The position numbers and the translations under genes were made by a program. Positions 38,106 to 50,241 of a DNA stretch of 64,000 nt are shown in pieces; the first letter of the stretch is position 1, and each line of letters opens with the position of its first letter. The stretch comes from Asterias rubens (taxonomy: Eukaryota): NCBI RefSeq assembly GCF_902459465.1, contig NC_047066.1, positions 1,116,001 to 1,180,000 of the forward strand, written 5' to 3'. The notes beneath the pieces are model-generated. The model worked only from the letters and a program-made list of their open reading frames with translations. It did no database searches and was not told the origin of the DNA.

Positions 38106-39457
38106 TTGTAAACTGAAAGTGGCTGTTACTGTACCAACATCCACACAGAACAAGGTTTACACTAGACCTTGTAAACTGAAAGTGGCTGTACCAACATCCA
38201 CACAGAACAAGGTTTACACTAGACCTTGTAAACTGAAAGTGGCTGTACCAACATCCACACAGAACAAGGTTTACACTAGACCTTGTAAACTGAAAGTGGC
38301 TGTACCAACATCCACACAGAACAAGGTTTACACTGAAAGTGGCTGTACCAACATCCACACAGAACAAGGTTTACACTAGACCTTGTAAACTGAAAGTGGC
38401 TGTACCAACATCCACACAGAACAAGGTTTACACTGAAAGTGGCTGTACCAACATCCACACAGAACAAGGTTTACACTGAAAGTGGCTGTACCAACATCCA
38501 CACAGAACAAGGTTTACACTGAAAGTGGCTGTACCAACATCCACACAGAACAAGGTTTACACTGAAAGTGGCTGTACCAACATCCACACAGAACAAGGTT
38601 TACACTAGACCTTGTAAACTGAAAGTGGCTGTACCAACATCCACACAGAACAAGGTTTACACTGAAAGTGGCTGTACCAACATCCACACAGAACAAGGTT
38701 TACACTGAAAGTGGCTGTACCAACATCCACACAGAACAAGGTTTACACTGAAAGTGGCTGTACCAACATCCACACAGAACAAGGTTTACACTGAAAGTGG
38801 CTGTACCAACATCCACACAGAACAAGGTTTACACTGAAAGTGGCTGTACCAACATCCACACAGAACAAGGTTTACACTAGACCTTGTAAACTGAAAGTGG
38901 CTGTACCAACATCCACACAGAACAAGGTTTACACTGAAAGTGGCTGTACCAACATCCACACAGAACAAGGTTTACACTGAAAGTGGCTGTACCAACATCC
39001 ACACAGAACAAGGTTTACACTAGACCTTGTAAACTGAAAGTGGCTGTACCAACATCCACACAGAACAAGGTTTACACTAGACCTTGTAAACTGAAAGTGG
39101 CTGTACCAACATCCACACAGAACAAGGTTTACACTGAAAGTGGCTGTACCAACATCCACACAGAACAAGGTTTACACTGAAAGTGGCTGTACCAACATCC
39201 ACACAGAACAAGGTTTACACTGAAAGTGGCTGTACCAACATCCACACAGAACAAGGTTTACACTGAAAGTGGCTGTACCAACATCCACACAGAACAAGGT
39301 TTACACTGAAAGTGGCTGTACCAACATCCACACAGAACAAGGTTTACACTGAAAGTGGCTGTACCAACATCCACACAGAACAAGGTTTACACTAGACCTT
39401 GTAAACTGAAAGTGGCTGTACCAACATCCACACAGAACAAGGTTTACACTAGACCTT
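38106..39457. repeat. Two-variant minisatellite (43-bp and 57-bp units), about 28 units, upstream of the first MAPK7 coding exon
   Basis: Core ACTGAAAGTGGCTGTACCAACATCCACACAGAACAAGGTTTAC with an optional extra ACTAGACCTTGTAA. Confidence 0.95.
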
Positions 39458-40371
39458 TTATTATGGATTTTGTTTCTATTGTAAAGTTGTAAAATTTTGA
39501 CCCATTCATGGTTAATCATGCCTAGTTCATCGCAAGCCTCCACTACATGTATGTATATATATGTGAACCTTTTTTAGCCCTAAAAATTTGCAATCTTGCC
39601 AACAATCAAAAGACTCGCAGACTGTTGCTAAAATTAAAAGCCAAATACCCGGATCTCAAACAAAAGGGTCAAATTTCTGCGTAATCTCACAGTCTGCCTT
39701 GTATACGCAAGACACACAACGCGCATATCTTGCGTTGCGTTTGTGTGTTAACGCTGAGCAGTCAAGAATACATAAGTTTATGTCTTGTTACACTGTGAGG
39801 ATATGATCAAAACAGGAATTTCTTTAACGTTGGGACTCTGAGAGCTGCATTATTTCACGAAAATTATGGATTTGTGAGAAATATATGACGACAAAAACCC
39901 ACCGTAGAAAAATAAATGTTGCCATTGAATGTGAATCTGTTGAAATTAGTGGCTTTGATTTGAGTTATGAAGAAACGGGCCCTAATACATGTATGCAGGA
40001 CTCTGAATCTGTGGACAGCACAGAGGGCTACCCTCTACCCTACTCCTAGAACTACAGTATGAGGTTCCTTCGGCTATCGTCTCCACGAGTACCCCTACCC
40101 TAGCCTAGGCAGCCCCCTGATGCAGTTTTAACTTGTCGATGATGCAGTGAGTGATTGTGTGTGGCATGTTTGCCCATTTTGTATGAGAGCTGGGTACTTT
40201 ACGCAACAGTGATGTCATGAGTGCGGGGCGAATCAAATTCATTTGGTACTAAATACAGTATTACCCCAAAACAAAACTGAAAATATCATTAATTGTGTAG
40301 AAAAAAATGCACAATATTTGTAAATTTCTTTCAATTCAAAAGAATTAAGCTAGATACATGTATGTAGATTG

Positions 40372-41008
40372 CTGGTCCCAATTTCATGGCTCTGCTTACA
40401 CTACAGCTGGATTCTGCGGTCCTGCTGTACTCGATTGTGCCGTCATCCCACCGTCAACTTAGTCTTGACACAAGACGTCAGCGATCAATTTACACAATGT
40501 GCAGTACATAATAAATACACTATGCAGTATCGATCATTGACATCTTGAGCCAAGACTATTCCATATGCTGGAAAGCGCCCTCTGTTGTCCATGTTGTGCA
40601 TGCACTGGGAAAAGGCAAGATGACGGCCAACGGTTTTGCTGCTTAGAGATAATTTTCACGAGAAAAATCTAAATTTTTATACCGAAAATTATCTTTTAGC
40701 GATCACTTAACAATTATATGCATCTATGGTGGATTTTAAATCTGTAGTGGAGGAGTTGACGGCGAGTTGACAGTGACATGGCGGCAAGTAGTAGGAACCG
40801 AATTCTGCGCTAATACGTTCAAGCGCCGAATTTCTGCGCTAGCCCTGTAAGCATAGAATGCCTAGTAACTTTGAGTTTTACATACGTGCTGAAGCCGAAT
40901 GAAATACGCATGAAATACGCTTACTGTAAGCACAGAATTCCCTGCTTCCATAAGCACCGATTCTGTGCTTACGGTATACGGTAAGCAGACCTATCAATTT
41001 AGGCCCAG
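40372..41008. mobile_element. Harbinger-type MITE
   Basis: CTGGTCCCAATTTCATGGCTCTGCTTAC / GTAAGCAGACCTATCAATTTAGGCCCAG imperfect TIRs; core CCC.ATTTCA is shared with the autonomous TIR. Confidence 0.65.
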
Positions 41009-42319
41009 TTGAACTCTTATTTCTCTTGATGTTTCTATAATACTATTATTAAAACAACAAGAGAAAGAAGAGTTTATTAACTATAAGTATTGTTTATTAA
41101 TGATTAATAAATCATATTCATAAATAAAGCTATGTAATTGTAATGTAATTGAGACATTGATGTTATTTGTTAATATTACTAATTAGGCCTATTTTTATAT
41201 ATTTTGTCATTGATAAAACTGTTAGTTAGGAGCAAAACGAAAGTAACCCTTAACATTCACAATTACGGACGACTTGGTTTGTCTAAAACAAAACTTAAAA
41301 GCATGGAGGAAGGAAATGGTCTTTTTGGCTTTATAAACACGTAAAAATCATCCATATCATAACTGGTGAATGGGATTCAGTAATGTTAAAACACAGGATG
41401 TGCTTCGAAAACAACCACCCAGTTTTCAGAGAAATGCGATTTTAATATAAATTATTTCCAGTTTTTCTTTTAACATTATACAAGAATGTCATCTATCTTG
41501 AGATGAATTTACAAGAAATCTTCAGTCACACTCACGATATGATATCCGCAGGTCTGTCCCAGTCAAAATTGGTGTTTCCATGGGGCACTTTGAAGAAAGT
41601 CCACCATTTTATACGCGCGGCTGTGAAGATCTAAAAATAGATTGAGTTATGTCGTAATCTTCTTCCACCAATGAAATGACGACATCGCCCAACCTCATGA
41701 ATGATTCATGACATCTACCCAGAGTGCACTACGATTTATGTTGTATTCGCTGTTTTTTTTAATATCAAATCGATCATCATCAACAATCAACAAGTTTGTA
41801 CATGTGTTCCTCCTTTTGAGTCCAGCTTGGTAAACTTTGTAATAAAAGTGCATGGTAAGTGTAAAGGTGATGATTGGAAAAAGATGATAATTAATTGATT
41901 GATTTCACCATGGAGGTAGGATCACATTTTTATGTTGAGATATTTGACGGGATGAGACAAGGAAGAGAGGATTTTCCCTTTGGCTTTTGTCACTTGTGAC
42001 TTTGTGAAGTTTTGAACGGAATAAGTTGATGGTATGCCTGTGGTCGATCCATAAATCAAGAAATGAATGGATGGACGAAGAAAATGTTCCTTCCTTCCTC
42101 CATGATCATGATGTAGTGTTGGTGTGATAATCTTTCATAGACGTCATAGGTCATCTTCGAGCCCGACAGTTACAAAGTGGGGAACACTGCAACTTCAACT
42201 TGAAGAGTAGTCCAGACTTACTCTATGGATAGAGCAAGGGATCCAGAGCAAGCTCTGTGGATGGAGCCTCCATCTATGGTATGGTGTTTTGTATGGAGGC
42301 ATGGCTATACCTCCATGGT

Positions 42320-42350
<31 letters not shown>

Positions 42351-42462
42351 TGGGTACTATACAAACAAAGGTTGGAAATCTATTTATTATCTTTCTTTAA
42401 TTTTGTCCCTTCCTACAACAACAAGGCTTTTATATGTTGAGTTGTAAATCATTTATTTCATC

Positions 42463-42573
42463 ATGGCTCTCTTTTGTTTTACATCTGTCTCATCACAGTC
42501 GCCATTATTACACTTTACAGCCCACCACTCTCCAGGCGACTGTGTGATGAGACAGATGTTAAAAGAGAGCCAT
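42463..42573. repeat. About 40-bp-arm hairpin (small MITE-like)
   Basis: ATGGCTCTCTTTT..ACATCTGTCTCATCACAGTCGCC / GGCGACTGTGTGATGAGACAGATGT.AAAAGAGAGCCAT. Confidence 0.75.
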
Positions 42574-43168
42574 TTATAGCTCAACAAGGTGGGCCAATCC
42601 ATGCATGTGTGTTAAAAAATAAAATCTAGTTAATAACGGGCGAGGGTCGAAGAGATCCGTCTTCGACCTCGCCGCAGCGTTTACAAATTGTAAAAATTTT
42701 TCCACATTTTGGTGAGGGTCGAAGATCTCAGTCTCTGACCTCGCCACGGAGTGTACAAATTGTATCTATTTTGTTGACATATTATCGGTGTTCCCAAACA
42801 AAACAAAGTTTTAACAGTGGAAGTTTACTGTTAATATGATATTGACCTGTGCGATAAGAATACGTTGGGTACATGCGACTTTTAAAGGTGTTTTAAAAAT
42901 ATTTAAACATGTAGTATCAGACCCCTTTGTTATATAACTGTCTGAAGGATCAATGATTATGATTTTTGCAATTTTCATTTAACAACAGCTGTCCTTTTCC
43001 CCAGATACAAAAAGAGAATCCAACTTACAGCTCAAACAATGGTGTGTCTTCTAAAAGTGCCTTCAGGCACTGAATCTTCATCCTCACAAAATGCAAAGTG
43101 GCGTCTGCTGCCCAGCCTTTAAGAAAAGATGACAACAACAGTTGGAAAGGAACATTGGGGAGAGAACA

Positions 43169-46100
43169 ATGGACTCAGATTTAGTACGATTGCCAGTTAG
43201 TCGTGGCGGAATCGCAAATGAAAGCTACGATGCCACCCAATCGAGATGTGACAGCAATAACAACCGCAATGGAAGTCCGGCCATCACAGATGATCTTCTC
43301 TTGTACTCACCTTCGACCTCAAGCAGCGATAAGGATTCCCAGTTTTCACCAGAAAATTACCAAGATGAGGAGTTCTATGGAAAGTTAAAGGTCCGAAAAT
43401 AAATGAAAGGAACATGTTGCCTTGGATCGGTCGAGTTGGTCTTTGAAAAGTGTTCTGTAACTGTAGAAAGATTTTGTCAAAGTAGAATACGATGATCTAC
43501 AAATAAGCCTCGAACATGCATGGTTTTCTTTTTACCTCGTCGACTAACACGGTCGACCATTTATGTGAGTCAATGGTTTGACTCCCTTTAATGGACGACC
43601 ATGTTAGTTTGCGACGTAAAATGAAAACTGTGCAATTTTGAGTGATACTTGTGTGGATCATTATATTCTACTTTTAGAAACATCTTTCTAACCATATGCA
43701 TTTCAACACAAATGGTTTTAAATGCTTTTTATAGACCAACTCGTCCAATCCAAGGCAACGTGTTCCCTTAACAATCAGACTTGGTCTATCGTTTTGATCA
43801 GGGCACCAAGCAAGGCATTTCCTCCTTACTAAAGGGGGCTTCGGATGGGGAAACTGATTTCTATTGGAACTTCATGGGGCACCGAGGCAATGACCAGAGA
43901 GTATCAGGCCTGAGTAATTAAACTTCAAGTAACTACATGTTGTCGTGATGGTATTGTGATGATCTTAAAGGGTCTATGTACTTTTTCCTCACACAAGACA
44001 CAATGTCCATGGATTTCCATTAAACTTACACAAATTGAAGGTAGTTATAGTGGAAAGCTTCCCTTGAAATTTGTCTTACTGAGGTGCTGCAGTGTTTTAG
44101 AAATGAGTAAAACAAATGATTTTTGTCTCAGTTTTAGCATGTAAGAACCCATATACCAGTTATGCTATTGCTATGTTTATGGCATATTATCATAACTGGT
44201 TAATGAGTTTTTACATGGTGAAATATTTTTCGTCTCACTAAGACGAAAATTATTTTGTGACTTGTCTTACTCATTTCTCAATAACTACAGAACCTTAGTT
44301 AGATTTGAAGGGAAGCTTCTTCAATAAGTTTAATGTAAATCTGTGGACATTTTGAAAAAGTACCCAAATCCTTTAACACTCTGTGGTCCTTACCATAGGT
44401 TGTGATATAATCACATCCTATTGCTAGATTTATGGAACTCCTTTCATATCTTAATAGTAAAGGTGTTCATTTGAATAATTCCAGTTCATGAATGAAAACA
44501 AATTTTCACTTTACAGTGCAATCCACCACAACACCAGTGGCTTCATCAGACTGGCGACTCACCACTCGTGGTTTTCTCCTTTAGTTATCAGAGACAACTG
44601 TTTATAAGAGCTAGTTCTAAATGTTGTGAAGTTTCATATCCTTAGTTAAAGATTCTGTGTTGTCAGACTTGACATAAACAGTTCATTGCAAATGGCTATC
44701 ACATCGACCTTCAACCTTTGACCTGCTTTAGCTCAAAGCTAGCCCTTGTTTGTTTCAATGCGCTGTATATCTTTTTAATATTAATAATAACGATAATAAC
44801 TATGTGACTTACACAAGTTCTTTCAATTATTTGTCATGTAGGTCAAAGTTAGGAAAGACGGCAAAAAGCTTGTTGAGAAGAAACGGCGTCAGGATCTTCA
44901 GCAGCAGTATTCTAATTTAAGGATGATGGTGCCAGGGTTGCAGGATATTGAGGGCCGTACGCCATTCTCCAGGAATTTTATTCTCAAAAACAGTACGTTG
45001 ACAGTGTTTCCCCATAAGCCTGGAATAAACATGTACTTCCAGCGAATGCGAATGGGAAGCGAATTTTGACGACACAGGGCAGTTTTGCATGGAATGTTTT
45101 GCAGGAATTGAACAATTTCAACCGAAAAAAACTTTGACGTTTCAAATTCCAACGTATAAGGAAAACCATGCAATTTCGAGGCATATTTGTGACATGTGAG
45201 GATCAATATATTCTACTCTTAAAACAAATTTCTTCTACTATATTCTACTATAAAATGCAATTTTTAACAAATGGTTTGAAACGCTTTTCATGGACCAAAT
45301 CGCCCGATCCAAGGCAACGTGTCCCTTTAAGTCTTAAAATTTAAGTTCTTGGTGGACCTTAGGGACAACCAAACCATAAATCAAGGATGCCCCAGCCATC
45401 CTATAGTACAAATGAACTCTTTTCAACAACTGTTTATATTATTTTCTAATAACTATTGCTTCTTTGAATAAAGTTAAACAATTAGTCAGCTAATTTCTTT
45501 GCTTTGAGTTGATTTCAGATTTGACCGTCAACTTTCACAATGGTTACAAAAAAATGATTTTCGTGTCTCAAAAGTTGCAAGCTTTCTCGTTCATTTTCTT
45601 TTATTTTCAGCCTTTAACTACATTGAGCAGTTGAAAACCTCGGTACGTTCATCTCTGTACTTGGCCAATGAGCTGCGACGAGAACAAGAATACAGCCTGA
45701 GATTGGAGAGAGAACTTCTGATGTGGCAAAGGAGAGTTGCTGATTTGAGGTAAAACATTGGAATCCCAAGTTTACTGAAAGCTGTTCACTGAATGCCCTA
45801 GTTTTGGTCTTGATGGTGATGAGTGTCCAGCTGGAATATCTTTACAGTGTTTAGTAAATAAGGGAACAAAAGAGTAGACGGCGAGTTTTTAAACGGCCGT
45901 GTAAAACCTTGCAGGGTGGTTGCAGTGCGATAAAGCCACGAACTGTAAAACCGACAGGGTCGTGGCCTTGTGATAAAGGCCCGAGCTGTAAAACCTTGCA
46001 GGGTCGTGGCCTTGTGATAAAGGCCCGAGCTGTAAAACCGACAGGGTCGTGGCCTTGTGATAAAGGCCCGAGCTGTAAAACCTTGCAGGGTCGTGGCCTT

Positions 46101-48200
46101 GTGATAAAGGCCCGAGCTGTAAAACCGACAGGGTCGTGGCCTTGTGATAAAGGCCCGAGTCGAAGGCAAGGGCTTTTATCACACGGCCACCACCCTGCAA
46201 GGTTTTTAAAGGCAGTGGACACTATTGGTAATTGTCAAAGACTAGCCTTCACAGTTGGTGTACCTCAACATATGCATAATAAAACAAACCTGTAAAAATT
46301 TGAACTTGCGAGATAATAATGAAAGAAAAAAACACCTGTCACACGAAGTTGTGTGCGTTTAGATGGTTGATTTCGAGACCTCAAATTCTAAATCCGAGGT
46401 CTCGAAATCAAATTCGTGGAAAATTACTTCTTTCTCGAAAACTAAGGCACTTCAGAGGGAGCCGTTTTTTAAAATGTTTTAAACCCTCAACCTCCCCAAT
46501 TACTCGTCACCAACAAAGGTTCTATGCTAATAATTATTTTGAGTAATTACCAATAGTGTCCACTGCCTTTAACAGCCGTTTAAGAACGAGTCACGACTCT
46601 TTTATCCCCATTCATAAAAATGCCCATATGTTAAAAAGCGAAACAATCTCACAATTATAGTGACACTGTTTCTTTTGCAAATTTTGTGAAGTTTGCGATT
46701 TTTCAACAACTTTTGTACAAATCTTTTGTGCGCATCTGTCTGTGTTCATCGCGTGTACACACATATTAGGCGCTATTACTAATACCTATGAATTGCGTTG
46801 CGCGTAACTGTAATTGGCGTACATTAGCTTGTGCGCTCACCGACCGAAGCCAGGCGAACTTAAACAGCTTTAGCTCTAGCCACCAAAAGGAAGTGAAAAA
46901 CTTACCAGGGTGTTTATAAATAAGGAATAATAATATAGACTTGTAATGTGCACATTTCCAACATTTTTGCTGCAAAAGAAAGAAAACAGACACAGCAAAA
47001 TTAGTCTTCGAAAACCTGTGACATTAGAAGTTTTGAGAAGAGATTTGAATTGTGTGGTACAAAGACAAGATCTAGTAAAAAAAAATTTGCGGCGTATCCT
47101 GGCCGAGTAATGGTCTAGGCATCGAACTCAAAACCTGATGGCCTAGTAATCTGAGTGTGGGTTCGAATCCTGGTCATGACACTTATCAGCAAATTTGTTC
47201 TTTTATCCAGGATAACGGGTCATATTAACCTCCTTAGCGCTATAAGCAGTTTGAGGTTATATGTTTACCAGGAACCTGAGGAAGTTTGGATTAACTATAC
47301 CTGATGAAGGGGATAATATATATAAAAATATTTAATAGTGCCTTGGTCTAACAATATTTGGCATCAAGTTGGTTCAGTGTTTTCTTTTCCTGCCTTTCAC
47401 CTCTGTGGATTCTGGTTCAAATCCCACCTTGGACCAGAGCCTTGCATGTGGATCAGGTTTTCAGTCCAAACCTAATAACGTGTCTTACCCCCCACTTGGA
47501 TTTTCCTCCCACATTTAAAATTGAACATTTCTTGTAGTTTCCTTTTCACAACCCTGTTATTGGCACTTGCACTGTTTGATGTATTATGAAAGAGATATGT
47601 GTGCTATGTAAGAAGCAACTATTACAATTTACCTGTGTCTTATTTTGTATGAGCAGTTAAAGCCATTGGACACTTTCTGAACAGAACAAAAATTAAAAGC
47701 TCACAGATTTACAAATAACTTACAGGGTTTACAGAAGGTAATGGTGAAAGACTTCCCTTGAAATATTATTCCATGAAATGCTTTCCTTTTTGAGAAAACA
47801 TTAAAACAATTATTGATTCTCGATATTGAGAATAACGGATTTATTTTTAAACACATATCATGACACGGCGAAACGTGCGGAAACAAAGGGCGGTTTTTCC
47901 TGTTATTTTCTCCCGACTCCGATGACCGATTGAGCCTAAATTTTCTCAGGTTTGTTATTTTATATATAAGTTGTGATACATGAAGTGTGGTCCTTTGGAC
48001 AAAACTGTTTACCGATGTTGTGTGTTTGCTTTAAGCTGTGTTTTTTTTTATGACAAGTGGAGCACAAATTTAATAACTGACAGATTGTTTTTATTCTGGT
48101 TAATTGCAGAGAGAAGCGGAAATCCAAAGATATGAAACCCTCTATGCCCGGACAAGGAGGTATTGTTAACAGCATGGCATCTTCCTATAGTCATTCATGA
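43169..48200 (+). CDS. Divergent bHLH-leucine zipper transcription factor (Myc/Max/Mad-Mnt-like), 200 aa, 4 coding exons
   Basis: Exons 43169-43390, 44842-44992, 45611-45749, 48110-48200 (phases 0,1,2 all consistent). Spliced domain: KKLVEKKRRQDLQQQYSNLRMMVPGLQDIEGRTPFSRNFILKNTFNYIEQLKTSVRSSLYLANELRREQEYSLRLERELLMWQRRVADLR. The first donor (GTCCGA) is weak and the terminal exon is less certain. Confidence 0.8.
43408..43767. mobile_element. MITE family D
   Basis: AGGAACATGTTGCCTTGGATCGGTCGAGTTGGTC / GACCAACTCGTCCAATCCAAGGCAACGTGTTCCC|TTAA. Confidence 0.8.
43969..44372. mobile_element. MITE family B
   Basis: TTAA|AGGGTCTATGTACTTTTT ... AAAAAGTACCCAAATCCT|TTAA. Confidence 0.75.
45854..46617. 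mobile_element. Inverted-repeat element with internal alternating 44/43-bp tandem array, right arm interrupted by a family A MITE (46210-46568)
   Basis: Units GTAAAACC(TTG/GA)CAGGGTCGTGGCCTTGTGATAAAGGCCCGAGCT; arms TAAACGGCCGTGTAAAACCTTGCAGGGTGG / CCACCCTGCAAGGTTTTTAA[MITE]CAGCCGTTTA. Confidence 0.75.
47097..47185 (+). mobile_element. tRNA-derived SINE head
   Basis: A-box-like TGGCCGAGTAATGG and B-box GGTTCGAATCC followed by GGTCATGACACTT. Confidence 0.6.
47365..47530 (+). mobile_element. Degenerate tRNA-derived SINE
   Basis: B-box GGTTCAAATCCC and downstream GGATTTTCCTCCCAC, resembling the core of the 49248 copy. Confidence 0.5.
47661..48030. mobile_element. MITE family C (reverse orientation)
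   Basis: TTAA|AGCCATTGGACACTTTC ... TTACCGATGTTGTGTGTTTGCT|TTAA. Confidence 0.8.
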
Positions 48201-48364
48201 ACTTTGAACCTACACAATCTACACAATCCAGCAACATCAAAATAAGGCCCGGTCAAGGTGTTTATGAATCTGGCATCAGCCATGGCCACATAACTAAAAT
48301 GACCCATGGTCCTTTTCGCTTCAGCCAATGAAAAAAAACTTACAAAAATTTGTACTTTCTGTAT

Positions 48365-48860
48365 GTATCAATCATTCAATCAAATCAATCATTGAGCATT
48401 TGAAGAGCGCCGCCTTTCTAGTTGCCTATTCTGAGGCCCTTATAGTAAAGTGGCGAAAAAACTAAGACAAAAGAGTTGACAGAATTTCATGTGGAGATGA
48501 AAAGTGCAATGAGCTAAAAAGCAGGTTTGACGAGATGTGTATGGAGTTGATATGGGAGATCATTGCATAGCTTTGGTGCACATGAAACAAAACTCACATC
48601 ACCTGATGAAGAATGCGATCTAGGTTTGTTCAACTGTGGTTTGTTTGAAGACCTCATATTTGGCCTATGATAGTACATTTATGTTAATAACATGTCTCTT
48701 GTATAAACTGAGAATGGACTAGGAAGTGCCTTTCAAGTCAAAAGTAGGACTTTTTAATTAATTATTTGGGTAACCAAAGCAATGCTGTAAGTGTTGGATT
48801 AATGGTCAAGTTTCTAGTAGTTTATGAAATTGGTCTGTTTTGAGGAGAGTTGCTGAGGTT
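48365..48860 (-). mobile_element. Decayed L2-type LINE 3' fragment
   Basis: Minus-strand translation gives broken L2 ORF2 C-terminal motifs (LHWLPK, IKK.LLLT, GD.SF..CAPKL.NDLP) followed by a (TGAT)n-like tail. Confidence 0.55.
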
Positions 48861-49247
48861 AAAGACTTCACAATATTAACCAGCAAATTGTTATCATTTC
48901 TTCTACTCGAAGCAAGGAGTAGTAGGTGATAACAAAATGAACAAAAATTCCTTTGCAAGTACAACTGAAATAAAAGCTGCAAATTATAAAAGGAAATTTC
49001 TTGTGGAATGTGTTAAATAAACACATCAACTATGCAAAATGTTAACATTCTCAGTAGAACAGATACTATCGAAAATAATAGCTATGTAAGTTCTTCCAAA
49101 AAACTGTTTCTTCGTTGTGGTGCTGTAAATGACAGGAGTCATTTCTTTATTGTGTGGAAGTCTTCTCCACTAGTCAAGTTAATTTCGTTTACAAATGTTT
49201 ATAATTTTTCTAACTAAGATTAATTGTTAACAGATTTCACAGATTTC

Positions 49248-49584
49248 GGTGGCACGGTTGGCTTGTGCGTAAAGCGCTCGCCTCTCACCAAGGTGACCCC
49301 GGTTCGATTCCCGGTCGGGGCCATATGTGAGTTGAGTTGTGCGTTGGTTCTCTGCTGTGCCACGAGGGTTTTCAAGACTATCCGGTTTTCCTCCCTCAGG
49401 AAAAAATCAAACACTTTCGAACTTGGCTGTGCTCCGTGGTCATAATGGGTTGATGTTGCTGGCAGCTGAATGCGCCCTTGCATGCCTGCTTCTCGAACAC
49501 GTTGTAGCCGCGTCCTTCGCAATTCAGCTCTTAGCTGCGAGTAAGGACGATTAGCCCCCCAAATTATTATTATTATTATTATTA
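49248..49584 (+). mobile_element. Apparently complete tRNA-derived SINE with central core and (ATT)n tail
   Basis: Perfect B-box GGTTCGATTCC, A-box-like TGGCTTGTGCG, core GAGGGTTTT..TCCGGTTTTCCTCCC resembling the Meta/V-type SINE domain, (ATT)n tail. Confidence 0.75.
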
Positions 49585-49875
49585 CTAACATTATTTACAA
49601 TCAAAAGTCACTTTTCTATGCAAGTTCTAACATCACAAATGCGTATTTTACATTTGAACATGGAATTGCAAGGTTAAAATACTTACCCAACATTACCAAA
49701 TTATTTTTGAGGAGGGGACAACAAGCAAGAGTGTTAATTGAAGTTCCAATGGTCAATTGACTGTTAACTTGGCTTGTGTTTTAACCTTGATTTCCTATTT
49801 TCTTTGAGGAAATAAAATAATAAAGCCAGGGCTCATAACATTCCAATATATTGAAAATGTACACATTGTATTTAA

Positions 49876-50241
49876 AGCCATTGGACACTTTCGGTAAACA
49901 GTATTGTCCAAGGTCCACACTTCGTGTATCACAACTTCTATATAAAGTAACAAACCTGTGAAAATTTAGGCTCAATCGGTCATCGGAGTAGGAAGGAAGT
50001 AATGGGAAAATTCACCCTTGTTTCCGCCTGTTTCGCCGTGTCATGACATGTGTTTAAAATAAATCCGTAATTCTCGATATCGAGAATTGATATTGTTTTA
50101 ATGTTTTCTCAAAAAGTAAAGCATTTCATGGAATAATATTTCAAGAGAAGTCTTTTATCATTACCTTCTGTAAACCCTGTAAGTTATTTGTAAATCTGTG
50201 AACTTTTATTTTTGTTTCTGTACCGAAAGTGTCCAATGGCT
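49876..50241. mobile_element. MITE family C
   Basis: TTAA|AGCCATTGGACACTTTCGGTA ... TACCGAAAGTGTCCAATGGCT|TTAA (perfect 21-bp TIR). Confidence 0.85.

Noticed and set aside
38056-39543. CRISPR-like array or Cys-rich repeat ORFs
   Set aside because: Units are contiguous with no unique spacers, there are no cas genes, and the context is eukaryotic; this is a minisatellite.
41500-42250. Coding-like composition on both strands and a minus-strand donor (~41535) as a possible MAPK7 5'-UTR exon
   Set aside because: Frames are broken by stops, no recognisable domain, and exon status cannot be supported without transcripts.
45798-46295. Four overlapping ~120-aa repeat ORFs
   Set aside because: Frames left open by the 87-bp dimer repeat.
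49248-49320. Possible tRNA gene
   Set aside because: B-box present but no closed cloverleaf; continues into a SINE core and (ATT)n tail.
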